Positions 16,169 to 26,366 of a stretch of 64,000 nt of DNA are shown piece by piece. A program made the translations under genes and the position numbers. Under the pieces are notes generated by a model. That model made no database searches. It had not been told where the DNA came from and saw only the letters and a program-made list of their open reading frames with translations. How positions within the stretch are numbered: the first letter of the stretch is position 1; each line of letters starts with the position of its first letter. This DNA comes from Candidatus Altiarchaeia archaeon. Lineage in GTDB: Archaea > Altiarchaeota > Altiarchaeia > IMC4 > QMZM01. The stretch spans positions 29 through 64,028 of the forward strand of contig JBAQYF010000006.1 of NCBI GenBank assembly GCA_049299895.1, in the 5' to 3' direction.

Positions 16169-16656
16169 ATGGCCTTCGACAAGATCTACGATTCCGAGAC
16201 CGGCTGCTGCCCAAGGTTTGATCCCGCGCCCTGGGACAAAAAAGTTATCGTCTTAAAGGATCGTCTGTTATGAAGGAGCATGTGACTTCATTCATGCATA
16301 TCCCCCTGAATATGGGCGGCGTCATGAAGCGCAGCATGGAGAGGATCGTTTCCGCAGGAGCATTGTCCCCGGAGCCTTTGATGCTTTCGGACGAGAATTC
16401 GATGTGGGGTTCCGACATATACATAGCGGTAACAAAAGAGGTTCCCGGGGCGAACAACGTGAGGATCTCCGGGACTTTCCTGTCAAAGGTCTTTGTGGGC
16501 GAGTTCAAGGAGATGGGCAAATTCATAAAAGAGATGGATGAATACGTCAGGTCTGAGAATAAGACCATGAAAAAACTGTATTTCTATTACACCACGTGCC
16601 CTGCCTGCGCAAAGCACTACGGCAAGAACTATATCGTGCTGCTAGCGCAGGTATGA
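16169..16656 (+). CDS. Conserved hypothetical protein (family recalled from methanogen genomes), frame-disrupted
   Basis: 16270..16656 encodes ..HVTSFMHIPLNMGGVMK...YFYYTTCPACAKHYGKNYIVLLAQV. A 34-codon ORF from ATG 16169 (MAFDKIYDSETGCCPRFDPAPWDKKVIVLKDRLL*) lies in another frame and overlaps it. A 1-nt insertion near 16265 would give one continuous protein. Confidence 0.55.
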
Positions 16657-16803
16657 TTTTTGACACCTGCCAGCCTATTTCTTCAGCCTCTTTGGCATTC
16701 CTGTTCCCCCGGCGGATCAGATAATGAGAAGATATCTTAAAAATATTGAACAATCTATGACTTTTTATACCTAAAATCTAAATATATTACGTAGTTTTCC
16801 AAA

Positions 16804-17577
16804 ATGAGCGAGAAATACGTCGATCCTGGCATTCTGGCAAGCACCAGTATAGTAGCAATAATCCTCTTAGCTTGGACCATTAATGCTTATGTTTCGATCA
16901 GTCCTCCCGGGAAGAACGTTTACGTGGAGGATATGGTAGATATATTAGCCGTTCCCGGGGTGTCGACCACTACGACTTCTACCACGGTAGTCACTACGAC
17001 TACTACGACTTCTTCGACTACGACGACTACTACTTTGCGCTGGGAGGAGGTTGAGTGCTTTTCCAACGCCGATTGCGGGACGAACGGTACTTTTGTCACA
17101 AAAGAGTTCACCTGCTATGAGGGGAACATCTACCGGCAGTACGTGCAGTTCCGCTGCGAGAAGCCCGGGACCCGGGAGGCCAGATGCGTCGGGACCGAGA
17201 AGAAGGATTTTTTGAACAAGTGCGGCGTAAACGAGCACTGCATCGACGGGGATCAGTACTGCGCTTATGCGCTCGACGTTCCCCTGACCAAGTCGGATTA
17301 CGTGCCTGAGAATTCGACGCTGGTCTATGTGAGCAACAAGGGTTTTTCGTCGAGCAAGGGTTATACTTTCATGGCGATGTATGTGGTGTCTGAATTGGAC
17401 AAGCCCAAGCGCCTGGCAGTGGACGTGATCAGGCCGAACGGCTACGACAACTGGGAGTATGTCGGCTACAATAAGGGGACAGATGTTGGCAACATAAGCG
17501 TGGGGATAAAAGAGTTGTACAAGAACGGGTATGAGATTAGAGCAACGTTGTGGGTCCTTGAGAAGGATAAGAGATAA
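16804..17577 (+). CDS. Membrane-anchored/secreted protein with Thr-rich linker and Cys-containing domain
   Basis: N-terminal hydrophobic span ILASTSIVAIILLAWTINAYV, then TTTTSTTVVTTTTTTSSTTTTTT, then a Cys-containing globular region. No family recognised. Confidence 0.65.
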   Translation: MSEKYVDPGILASTSIVAIILLAWTINAYVSISPPGKNVYVEDMVDILAVPGVSTTTTSTTVVTTTTTTSSTTTTTTLRWEEVECFSNADCGTNGTFVTKEFTCYEGNIYRQYVQFRCEKPGTREARCVGTEKKDFLNKCGVNEHCIDGDQYCAYALDVPLTKSDYVPENSTLVYVSNKGFSSSKGYTFMAMYVVSELDKPKRLAVDVIRPNGYDNWEYVGYNKGTDVGNISVGIKELYKNGYEIRATLWVLEKDKR

Positions 17578-17682
17578 TCAAAGTATTCTCTCCCGGTTCA
17601 CCGGGTAAATTCTGCTGCGAGCAGGAAAGAGAATATTTCCAGGAGAAAGGGAAATATGAACATTTCCGCTGATTCGCTTATA

Positions 17683-18558
17683 TTATTTCGCTGTCTTCCT
17701 CTTCGCGTAAACGAATACCGCCACCGCCGCCAGGACCAGCAGGACTATCAGGTAGAAGAAGTAATTGGCTCTGTTCCCTCCTTGCTCCTCTCCCGGCAGA
17801 GTTTCATCCGGAGCTTCGGATGTTAGTGTTTCTTCTGTGATTGACACTTTGATGGGTATTTTTACGTTGCTCCTGGAAGGATCGTTTGTTCTGAGTGTTA
17901 TTTCTCCTTGTTTTTCTCCGGTTTCTGCGGTGTCAATGGAGAAGGTGTAATCAGCGATGCCTTCTATGGGCGGCAGCGTGAAACTTTTTTTGTCCGCGCT
18001 GGCATATTCCGGGGTCTCGAAAACGCCTTCCAGCGGGGCGTTTCCCTCGGAGAATACCGTCAGCCTGAGGGTCAGGGGGGAACCCCTTGAAACTGTTTCC
18101 TCAAAGGAAGCGGGGGTGTAGGCGATATAAGGAGTATTATCTGGCAGCGTCTTGTATTTCGGGGCAACGTATGCGGGGTCGTGCTTGTTGCCCTGTTCGA
18201 GCAGCCAGGTCATCAGTTCTCCTCTGTCGTCGAGGAAGGAATTCTTGACGGATGCGCTTTCTGTTATCACCATGCCTTTTGTGAATACATATACCTGGGA
18301 GTAGGGAAATGATGCGTCGCCGTAGTTCTTTATGGATACGTAGCTATCGGCAGGTATTTTCTTGAGCTGGACGGATGGAAGATTTTGTATTCTTGCCGTG
18401 AGTTCTGACAGTTCTGCCGGAGTCATGTCCCATTGCACGGTTCCGCGTCCGGAGTAGACCTCGATGGATGCTGCAACCTTTGAGTTCCCTTCGGCAAAAC
18501 CTGATTGGGATATTAGGTACATAAGTATCAAACCGCTTATTATCGTCTTCTTTTTCAT
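17683..18558 (-). CDS. Secreted protein with C-terminal TM anchor
   Basis: Signal-like N-terminus MKKKTIISGLILMYLISQSGFA and C-terminal YFFYLIVLLVLAAVAVFVYAKRK. It lies 19 nt downstream of the 842-aa gene on the same strand. Confidence 0.7.
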   Translation of the reverse strand: MKKKTIISGLILMYLISQSGFAEGNSKVAASIEVYSGRGTVQWDMTPAELSELTARIQNLPSVQLKKIPADSYVSIKNYGDASFPYSQVYVFTKGMVITESASVKNSFLDDRGELMTWLLEQGNKHDPAYVAPKYKTLPDNTPYIAYTPASFEETVSRGSPLTLRLTVFSEGNAPLEGVFETPEYASADKKSFTLPPIEGIADYTFSIDTAETGEKQGEITLRTNDPSRSNVKIPIKVSITEETLTSEAPDETLPGEEQGGNRANYFFYLIVLLVLAAVAVFVYAKRKTAK

Positions 18559-18576
18559 TTTTTTATTAGTCTACCT

Positions 18577-21105
18577 TTAGTAGGGGCATGAACTGCCGCC
18601 CGCTATGCTTACCGCAGTCTTGTCCACGCAGAAGTATCCGCAGAATGACGTGTATATCCCGCGGTCCGCAGTCTCGGGGTTTGTTATCTTGTTTCCTGAA
18701 TTGTCGACGTTCCTTACGGTGGTTGAACCGGGCTTGTGCGACCAGCGGCCGTTATCGTCAAGGCGGTACCAGTGGAAGTCGTCTCCTGGCGCGACGACCA
18801 ATGCCACTTTGTGCATGCAGCCCGTGCATGGGCCGCCGGTCTTCCCCAGGTACTTGAGACCGTCCGCATTCGCCCCCTGTATGACCGAAGAGCATTCAAG
18901 TGCTACCCTGTAGCCATGTGCGTATCCGGGCTGGGCGAAGTTGTCTGTCTCCTTGTCGCATCCGTAGTTGTAGCAATTGTTGCAGTTCAACGCCCTGAGG
19001 TCGTTGTTCCATCTGCCGGGATTATAGGACGGCACGCAACTGGATAGAGTAGTTGTTGTCGCAGTGCTGCTGGTCGTGGTCGCCTGAGTTGTGGAGGACA
19101 CAGTAGTTGTCGTTGTGACCGACGCAGTGGTTGACGTGAATGTGGTTGATACATACGTGGTTGTGACAAAGGATGTTGTCACAAAAGTAGTCGGCGCGTA
19201 GGTGGTTGTCACATAGGTCGTGGGATAGAAAGTAGTGCTCGAGCCGCAGCACGTATCATCATAATCAAGATATGACAGGCCTATTGAGGAGTCATCGACG
19301 CATCTGAAACAATCCATGAACGTGGAGCAGTCCCCTACGGGCGTTCCGAAGCAAAAATCCATCGGCGTCGGGAACAGTGTTGTCGGGGGGATCGTTGGCG
19401 TGGGAATGGTAGTAGGAGCTGATCCGCAGGAGGTATCATATTCAAAAGTCGGCCCGTAGGCGGGATTGTCTACGCACCTTAGGTACATCACCCAGAAGGA
19501 GCACTGCCCGACCGGTGTTCCGTCGATGCATGTTCCAGTGCTTAGAGTGGTCGTGGTTATGGGGTTTGTGGTCGATGCCGAGGAGGTAACCGGGCTGGAA
19601 GACGTGGGGGACAACGTCGTAGTAACACTTCCGGAACATCTGCCTTTTACACAACCGGACTGCTGGCTGTTAGAGCCGCGGGTAATATAAATAGTCTGAC
19701 CATTATACCTGCAAGCAGTAATAGCAGGAGAACCACTAATCGTATTAGTCCCGCCCTGGCAAGTAACCGTACAGTCCATGTCACCGGGCCGGCAACAATT
19801 AACGCAAATATCACCAGAAGGAACAGGAACATGAGTCGTCGGAGGAGACATAGTAGTAGGACCAGGAGGCATAGTAGTAGGTATAGAACCGCTGCATCGG
19901 CCATTCACACAATTCTGGGACTGAGAACTTGTACCACTCCATACGGTAATCACACCGCCAAGATACTGGCAATCGGTAATAGCAGGAGATCCGTCAAAAT
20001 TCCTTGTTCCCCCGTCGCATACGACGCTGCAGGTCATATCTCCCGGTTTGCAACAGTCATTGCATATCTCATCCGCGAAAGATGCCTGGGGGTTGATCTC
20101 TTTTCCAGGGTAGTTCAATATCAGCCGGGGCCCGTTAAAGCTGTTTCCGTAGAAAATCACGTCCTGTGAAACCCATGCATTATTCCCGGAGCATGATGCT
20201 TTTCCTGCCGATGCCCAGGGGTCTTCTGTTCCGCGAATCTGCAGAGACAGGGTTTTCTGTCCCGAGGAGTAAGCTTTGTTGACCGCGTCTGTAACGTCGA
20301 AGGATATGTCTCCCCCTGAATCCACCCATATGACGGATAACATGCTGCCAGATGCGTCGAACAGGTCTTTGCATTCTCCGCAATAGGGCTGTGTGCATAT
20401 GTCTCCTCCGGCCACGCAGGAAACAGGCTTCCAGGAACTGCTTGCACTGTAAACGGATACGGACTGCATCTTGTTTACGGCGCTTACGGACAACTTCAGG
20501 CTGGCGCCGTATATAATCATTGGAGAGATCGCAGGCAGATCGTATTTAAGATTCACCCTTTCTCTTGCGGGCGAATAATACATTTCTTCTTTGTTGTAGC
20601 ATTTGTAGCCTGCGGAGTATTCTCCGGAATTGTCTGGAGCCGAGCAGGCGTAATAAGAGTTCTCGCATCCTTCATGCACGTTTATGGCATATACCTGGGC
20701 CGACTCCGCCGGGGCCAGAGCCCTGGACTCAACGACTTGTATCTGGGCTTGATAGGCCCGGGTCCTACCGCAGGAGAAGTAATCATAGTCTACCTGCAGC
20801 AAAAGTTCTTTGTCGGGGATGGGGGAAACCGTTACCTGGCATTTTTTGCTTTCTTTCGCTCTCACCTGGTAGGACTCGCATGAGAAGGACCTGAAACCCT
20901 GGCTTGCAGATATCCTCTTTATGCTCGCATCAGTGTCTCCCGCATTGGCCACAACGACTTGGAAAGTGTTTACCTGTTGGTATTTCAGAGTATCGGCGTT
21001 GAGTACGCTTAGCGAGATTTTTGCACTTGGACAAACAGCGGACTGGGCAAACGCATGGCATACCAGTAGAATTAAAACACAACATATAAAAGCTTTTTCT
21101 TTCAT
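18577..21105 (-). CDS. Large secreted Cys-rich, Thr-linker protein with C-terminal Cys/His module
   Basis: Signal-like N-terminus. There are two copies of a C..CC.PGDM.C.V.C.GGT...GSPAIT.C.Y module, two copies of C..GTPVG.CS....C.RCVD, and long T/S/V-rich linkers. The C-terminus reads NCNNCYNYGCD...DDFHWYRLDDNGRWSHKPG. Confidence 0.8.
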   Translation of the reverse strand: MKEKAFICCVLILLVCHAFAQSAVCPSAKISLSVLNADTLKYQQVNTFQVVVANAGDTDASIKRISASQGFRSFSCESYQVRAKESKKCQVTVSPIPDKELLLQVDYDYFSCGRTRAYQAQIQVVESRALAPAESAQVYAINVHEGCENSYYACSAPDNSGEYSAGYKCYNKEEMYYSPARERVNLKYDLPAISPMIIYGASLKLSVSAVNKMQSVSVYSASSSWKPVSCVAGGDICTQPYCGECKDLFDASGSMLSVIWVDSGGDISFDVTDAVNKAYSSGQKTLSLQIRGTEDPWASAGKASCSGNNAWVSQDVIFYGNSFNGPRLILNYPGKEINPQASFADEICNDCCKPGDMTCSVVCDGGTRNFDGSPAITDCQYLGGVITVWSGTSSQSQNCVNGRCSGSIPTTMPPGPTTMSPPTTHVPVPSGDICVNCCRPGDMDCTVTCQGGTNTISGSPAITACRYNGQTIYITRGSNSQQSGCVKGRCSGSVTTTLSPTSSSPVTSSASTTNPITTTTLSTGTCIDGTPVGQCSFWVMYLRCVDNPAYGPTFEYDTSCGSAPTTIPTPTIPPTTLFPTPMDFCFGTPVGDCSTFMDCFRCVDDSSIGLSYLDYDDTCCGSSTTFYPTTYVTTTYAPTTFVTTSFVTTTYVSTTFTSTTASVTTTTTVSSTTQATTTSSTATTTTLSSCVPSYNPGRWNNDLRALNCNNCYNYGCDKETDNFAQPGYAHGYRVALECSSVIQGANADGLKYLGKTGGPCTGCMHKVALVVAPGDDFHWYRLDDNGRWSHKPGSTTVRNVDNSGNKITNPETADRGIYTSFCGYFCVDKTAVSIAGGSSCPY

Positions 21106-21324
21106 TATAATACCTGTTAACGGATTGGGCGGATGACAATAAATACCTTATGGAGGGGAGGATTGCATATTTGGACAGGGGAGTAAATCACTGCGCAGGA
21201 TTACAATGTATTCTTAATAGGGGATCATCATATCCCGGCCTCAATAGGATTGCAGGGCATACGCCCTTGCCAACCTGCCGCGTAGTGCCCTCGCCCTGCT
21301 TGGGCACTACTTCCCAATTCTAGA

Positions 21325-22572
21325 TTACTCATATCTCAGGGCCTCGACCGGGTTCAGTTCCGACGCCTGCTTTGCAGGCAGGAACCCGGAGAGGACTCCC
21401 ACTATAAAAGAGAATGACAGCGCCCCGATTATGAGTTGAGGCGTGATCGACGCCTGGATCATGGTCGAGTCAAGCTGTGTTAGCGCGACGTATTCTACTC
21501 CTTTGCTCATAGCCGCCCCCAACAGGCAGCCAAGCGAGCCTCCGATCAGTCCTATTATCCCGGATTCTATAATGAACATAGTCGTTATGGTGGAATTACG
21601 GGCGCCTATCGCTTTCATGACTCCTATCTCGCGGGTTCTCTCCAGGACGGATGTGTACATCGTATTCATGATGTTCACGCCGCCAACTACCAGGGATATG
21701 AGAGCTATTCCTACGACTATTGCTTGTACCGCATCGAGTATCGTCCCGACGGCGGACATTATCTGGTCCATTGTGATCACAGTTACGCTTTCTTCTCCTT
21801 TCTTTTCGCTTCTGTCCCTGCGGATCTTTTCTTTTATTTTTTCTGCTACGTCTTTTGGTTCGTAGTCGTCTCGGACCCGGACCATTATCTCCATATAGTC
21901 GTCTTTTACGGAAAAGAGGCTTCTGTAGTCGTCTTCTATTATGTAGATATTGGTATCGTCCGATGGATTGCCTATCCTGCTGATGAATGAAGCGACTGTG
22001 AATCTCCGGTCGTTTATGGTTATCTTGTCCCCTATTTTCAGGGGCGTGTCGAATATGTTATCCGTGCCGTAGTATTCGTATCCTATTGCAGCCTTGCCTG
22101 ATTCTCCCGCCTTGAATTTCTTTTGTCCTTTTTCTATTTTTATGCCGGTTCCTTCCAGGAGGATGTCCTGCGCGTCTCCGGGGGCTAAACCGCTTACGTA
22201 CGCATAATAAACCTGGTCCCGGTATTTTATTTTTGCGCTTTTCGCGCTCAACCCGGCAGCAAGGTCTACTCCCTTCACGGATTTGATCAGATCTATATCG
22301 TGGTCTGTGAGCTTGGATGAGCCGCCCCCCATCCCGCTAGCCATTACCAATATGAGGTTCGAGCCGAGGATTGCGAACTGCTGGTCTATGGCATTCTGCA
22401 GTCCTTCACCAAGAGAGATCAGTGAGACTATGGCGGCGATCCCGATCACTATCCCTATCACTGTGAGCCAGCTTCTGATGCCCTTGTTTTTTATGCTTTT
22501 CAGCGAGATCTTCAGTAAATCTTCGATCATTTTTTTGAACCTCGATTTATCAAGTGGGGTCGTAAACCCCAC
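21325..22572 (-). CDS. ABC transporter permease, MacB/FtsX-like
   Basis: N-terminal TM, a large extracytoplasmic domain, then a C-terminal 3-TM FtsX-type block (..RTREIGVMKAIGARNSTI..). It is paralogous to the next gene. Confidence 0.85.
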   Translation of the reverse strand: MGFTTPLDKSRFKKMIEDLLKISLKSIKNKGIRSWLTVIGIVIGIAAIVSLISLGEGLQNAIDQQFAILGSNLILVMASGMGGGSSKLTDHDIDLIKSVKGVDLAAGLSAKSAKIKYRDQVYYAYVSGLAPGDAQDILLEGTGIKIEKGQKKFKAGESGKAAIGYEYYGTDNIFDTPLKIGDKITINDRRFTVASFISRIGNPSDDTNIYIIEDDYRSLFSVKDDYMEIMVRVRDDYEPKDVAEKIKEKIRRDRSEKKGEESVTVITMDQIMSAVGTILDAVQAIVVGIALISLVVGGVNIMNTMYTSVLERTREIGVMKAIGARNSTITTMFIIESGIIGLIGGSLGCLLGAAMSKGVEYVALTQLDSTMIQASITPQLIIGALSFSFIVGVLSGFLPAKQASELNPVEALRYE

Positions 22573-22595
22573 AGTTCATGACCGACCTTGGTCGG

Positions 22596-23819
22596 TCACC
22601 TGTATCTCAATGCATCCACTGGTTTCATCTTTGCAGCCCGCATGGCCGGGAAATATCCGGAAGCGCACCCTACCAGTATGGAGAACACCATTGCACCGAG
22701 TAGGAGATCCGGTCCTGCGTATAGGGCGAACTCTGTTATCCCGTATGCTATCACTATCTTTTCACCGACAAAGCTTGCGGCCAAGCCCAGTATTATGCCG
22801 ATTATCCCGCCGACGAGTCCGAGCAGGCCTGATTCAGCCATGAATATCAGGAGTATGTCGTTGTTTCGCGCTCCGATGGATTTCATGACCCCTATCTGCC
22901 GGGTGCGCTCAATAACCGAGGTGTACATCGTTGTCATTATGCCGACCCCGCCGACGAAAAGCGAAATGGCGGCGATCCCGGATAATACCAGGGTCACTAT
23001 GCTCAGGACGGTCTTGAATGAAGCAATCATGCTTTCCGCCGTAGTGACAGAGAAGTCTTCCTCTTTTTCCTTGACATTGCGGTGACGCCTTAGGTTTTCT
23101 TTTATATTCTCTGCGACATCAGATGGATCGTAGCCCTTCTGCACCTTCACGGAGATGGTTGCGTAATCGTCTTCTATTTGGAATACTTCTTTTGCCGCAT
23201 CCTCGGGTATCACCACCCTGAGGTTATCCATCGGGTTTCCGGTGTCCTCCTTTACCCCTGCGACTGTGAATTCGGTATTATTTATTAGTATCTTGCTCCC
23301 GACTCTCATGTCTTTTTCGAACCGGTCTATGCCGAGAGCGGGCCCGATCAGGGCCTTGTATTTGTCGCCTTTTTTCAAATAGGTCCCAGTCTCAACATTC
23401 TGAAACTGGGCATCCTTAAAGAACTGAAAGTATTTTGAATCGGTGGATATGCCTTGGACCATCAAGTACTTGGTCTTTTTATTATACTCCACACTCGCAG
23501 TCTGCATAATGACACCGACTGCAAATTCCACCCCCCGCGTCTTACGGACGGTGTCGAGGTCGCTGTCTCCAAGCTTCGCCGAGGACATGCTGCTCCCGGG
23601 CGCAGAATTCATGATACCCCCTCCTCCGGGGCTGATTGCAATGCGGTCTCCGCCGACTTTTTCGAACTGCCGGTCTATGTAGTGCTGCAGGCCCTGGCCC
23701 AGGGAGATAAGGGTCACGACTGCCATTATCCCGATGAATACGCCCATCATAGTGAGCCAGCTTCTGAGCTTCCGGTTAGCCATGCCGTCGAGGGCAAGCT
23801 TGAAATAGTCCTCCCACAT
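22596..23819 (-). CDS. ABC transporter permease, MacB/FtsX-like
   Basis: Same architecture as the previous gene (..RTRQIGVMKSIGARNNDI..). Confidence 0.85.
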   Translation of the reverse strand: MWEDYFKLALDGMANRKLRSWLTMMGVFIGIMAVVTLISLGQGLQHYIDRQFEKVGGDRIAISPGGGGIMNSAPGSSMSSAKLGDSDLDTVRKTRGVEFAVGVIMQTASVEYNKKTKYLMVQGISTDSKYFQFFKDAQFQNVETGTYLKKGDKYKALIGPALGIDRFEKDMRVGSKILINNTEFTVAGVKEDTGNPMDNLRVVIPEDAAKEVFQIEDDYATISVKVQKGYDPSDVAENIKENLRRHRNVKEKEEDFSVTTAESMIASFKTVLSIVTLVLSGIAAISLFVGGVGIMTTMYTSVIERTRQIGVMKSIGARNNDILLIFMAESGLLGLVGGIIGIILGLAASFVGEKIVIAYGITEFALYAGPDLLLGAMVFSILVGCASGYFPAMRAAKMKPVDALRYR

Positions 23820-23861
23820 GTTTCAGACAAAAGATAAAAAAAATAAAATAAAATAAAAGGT

Positions 23862-25508
23862 TCAGCCTTTTTTCTTGAATAGTTTCGAGTCCAAAAAGCC
23901 GATCACTGCGCCTACCAGCTTGAAGAGGAACCATAGGACGATGACTGCAATTACTATCCCTATTATCCCGCCTACCGCCGCTATCAGGATGGAGACCGGG
24001 CTTCCGGTGGGTTGTTTCTGCGCGTATTCCTGCATGGACAAAACTGAGAGCTCCAGGTTCACCGGGTCTATGTGGTCCAGGTTGCTATTCTGTTCCTTGT
24101 AGGATACTTCGAAACGGATGGGCATCTTTCCGGAGGATACGTTGTTTACCAACTGTATCTCGAATTCCTGGCTGTCTGTCGCGTCGGAGTCGAGGTTGCC
24201 TATGTATACTTCGTTCGACGAGGTCACGTCATAGTTCTCTGTCGGGAGCAGCTTGAGGTTCAGGAATTTTACCTGGGCGAATCCTTTGTTGACTACGGTA
24301 ACGGTTATCATCCCTTTCGTTCCTTCGGTGAAGAGGTCTGTTTTCTCCAGGAACACCTTTATTTCGGGTTTTCCATCCACCTGCATGCCTATAGACTTCT
24401 GCGTGGAGTGCTTTACTCCGGCCTGGTCGAAGTAGTCTATGCTGACGGGTATGTTGTAGGATTTTATGTCCGCAGCCGAGTCGACCGACGCCTGGAATAT
24501 CAGGGACTTTGATTCCTTGCTTTTGAACTGGCCGATGTATATCTCCGACGACCCTATGGCCGTGAACGGAGAGTCGAAGTTCAGAGTCACGCTGGCATCT
24601 TCAGCAGACGCGCTCCCCACGTTCTCAAGGCTTACGGTTATGTTTGTCGTGGAGCCGGGGCTTGCGCCCAAATATGATACGCCGATGACCTTGAAGTCCA
24701 CGTCAAATCGCTGGACTTCGATGCCGATTGGCAGGGTCTCTTTCAGGGAATTCCCCGATACGTCGTAGTACTCCAAAAGCAGGCCAAACGAGCATACGCC
24801 CACGTCGCTCGGCTGTATCACGTATTCTATCCCGAAGCTGCCGCCCTTACCCAGGTCGCCTACGTAGACCTTCGAGGAACCGATCAATGATGCGCACGCA
24901 GTAGTGCCTGCAGGAGCAAGCGTTGCCGTGACGCTTCTTGCTGCGTCCTGGTTCGTCCCGCGTATCACGAGTTTCGAGGACATGTCTTTATAGAAGCTCC
25001 CTTTTTCCACGGATACCTGGAAATTTGCGTCTCCGTATACGCGGATGGGGAGGTCCCATACCGTGAGCTGGTCGTTCTTCCTCTCGCCTTCCTCGTTGTA
25101 GCCGTCATAACTTATCCGCACCGAGGTTGTGTGCAGGCCTACGTATGCGTTCTTGGATACTGATATCGTGGCGGAGACCGTTTTTGATTCAAGAGGCTCT
25201 ATGCGGCCCACGTCAAATTTCTTGTTGACTGATATGTCGCCAGTCCCTGGGATGTTCACGACTACGTCCTCAGCGGCCTGCGTGCCTACGTTCTTTATGA
25301 CGACGGTCAATAGGCCGGAGTCTCCTGCTTTCAGGTTCGTGTCGACTCGCGTCAGGTCGTAGTCCAGCACCATGTTGGTCGGGGCGACCCTTGCAATAGT
25401 GGTCGCCGTCCCGTATGCAGCCGTTGCAGCGGCGGCGTGAGCAGACCCCCCAAGTATCGCAAATATCGTCAGCAGCATCATTCCGTTTAAAAATCTTTTC
25501 GCATCCAT
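23862..25508 (-). CDS. Secreted multi-domain beta-sandwich (CARDB/COG1361-like) protein with C-terminal TM
   Basis: The start is placed at ATG 25508 (MDAKRFLNGMMLLTIFAILGGSAHA), which avoids overlap with the ATPase gene. Repeated ..VTV.N.G...A.DV.V.. strands are present. The C-terminus is IAAVGGIIGIVIAVIVLWFLF. Confidence 0.7.
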   Translation of the reverse strand: MDAKRFLNGMMLLTIFAILGGSAHAAAATAAYGTATTIARVAPTNMVLDYDLTRVDTNLKAGDSGLLTVVIKNVGTQAAEDVVVNIPGTGDISVNKKFDVGRIEPLESKTVSATISVSKNAYVGLHTTSVRISYDGYNEEGERKNDQLTVWDLPIRVYGDANFQVSVEKGSFYKDMSSKLVIRGTNQDAARSVTATLAPAGTTACASLIGSSKVYVGDLGKGGSFGIEYVIQPSDVGVCSFGLLLEYYDVSGNSLKETLPIGIEVQRFDVDFKVIGVSYLGASPGSTTNITVSLENVGSASAEDASVTLNFDSPFTAIGSSEIYIGQFKSKESKSLIFQASVDSAADIKSYNIPVSIDYFDQAGVKHSTQKSIGMQVDGKPEIKVFLEKTDLFTEGTKGMITVTVVNKGFAQVKFLNLKLLPTENYDVTSSNEVYIGNLDSDATDSQEFEIQLVNNVSSGKMPIRFEVSYKEQNSNLDHIDPVNLELSVLSMQEYAQKQPTGSPVSILIAAVGGIIGIVIAVIVLWFLFKLVGAVIGFLDSKLFKKKG

Positions 25509-25509
25509 T

Positions 25510-26334
25510 TTAGTTGCCTCTCTTTGTTTTATTGTTATCGTGTCTTTTATCATTTGTTTTATCGTGCGCAGGAGTTGATCCGTCTTGCTCATGCCTCCGT
25601 TCAGGCCGGCAGACGCTCTCGTGATCCGGGTTCTCCCCGGTGGATTCTATGACCCCGTCTTTTATCCTCACAGAGCGTTCCGCGTATTTTGCGATATCCG
25701 TGTCGTGTGTTACCATGATAATTGTTTTCCCTTCGTCGCAGTGCAACGTGGAGAGCATCTCCATGACCTCTTTCCCGGTTTTCTGGTCAAGGTTTCCTGT
25801 CGGCTCGTCCGCGAGTATGACCGCAGGATCGTTTGCAAGGGATCGTGCTATCGCCACCCTCTGCTGCTGTCCCCCGGATAGTTCGGTCGGCCGGTGGTTG
25901 AGTCTTTTTCCAAGGTCTACCAGTTCCAGGAGTTCTTTTGCCTTCTTTTCTCTTATATCTTTCGGGGTGTTCTGGAAGGTCATCGGGAGCATCACATTCT
26001 CCAGGGCGGAGAGACCGGGCATGAGGTTGAATGTCTGGAATATGAAGCCTATCTTTCTCCCCCGTATCTGGGCGAGGTCGCTCTCATGGAGTTTTGAGAT
26101 ATCCTGCCCGTCCAAAAGGACGCTTCCCCTGGTCGGGACGTCCAGGCATCCTACCATGTTCATAGCGGTCGATTTCCCCGAACCGGACGGACCCATTATA
26201 GAAACGAACTCGCCGCGGTATATCTTCAGGGAAAGGCCTCTTAGCGCCGCTACTTCGACGTCTCCCATCGTGTAGATCTTCCACACGTCCTTGAGTTCTA
26301 TGACTGGTTCTTTGTTCTTTGAATGCTCCGACAT
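25510..26334 (-). CDS. ABC transporter ATP-binding protein (MacB/LolD-type)
   Basis: Walker A GPSGSGKST, signature LSGGQQQRVAIARSL, Walker B ILADEPTGNLD. It has an unusual ~45-aa charged C-terminal tail. Confidence 0.9.
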   Translation of the reverse strand: MSEHSKNKEPVIELKDVWKIYTMGDVEVAALRGLSLKIYRGEFVSIMGPSGSGKSTAMNMVGCLDVPTRGSVLLDGQDISKLHESDLAQIRGRKIGFIFQTFNLMPGLSALENVMLPMTFQNTPKDIREKKAKELLELVDLGKRLNHRPTELSGGQQQRVAIARSLANDPAVILADEPTGNLDQKTGKEVMEMLSTLHCDEGKTIIMVTHDTDIAKYAERSVRIKDGVIESTGENPDHESVCRPERRHEQDGSTPAHDKTNDKRHDNNKTKRGN

Positions 26335-26366
26335 TTTAGTAGTTTATATTGGTTTTGCCGAATAAA

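Noticed and set aside
22283-23085. 186-aa and 165-aa plus-strand ORFs antisense to the two MacB-like permease genes, with similar cases at 25640..26275 and 21443..21865
   Set aside because: They are antisense to genes with clear ABC/FtsX motifs and their composition is typical of reverse-frame artefacts.
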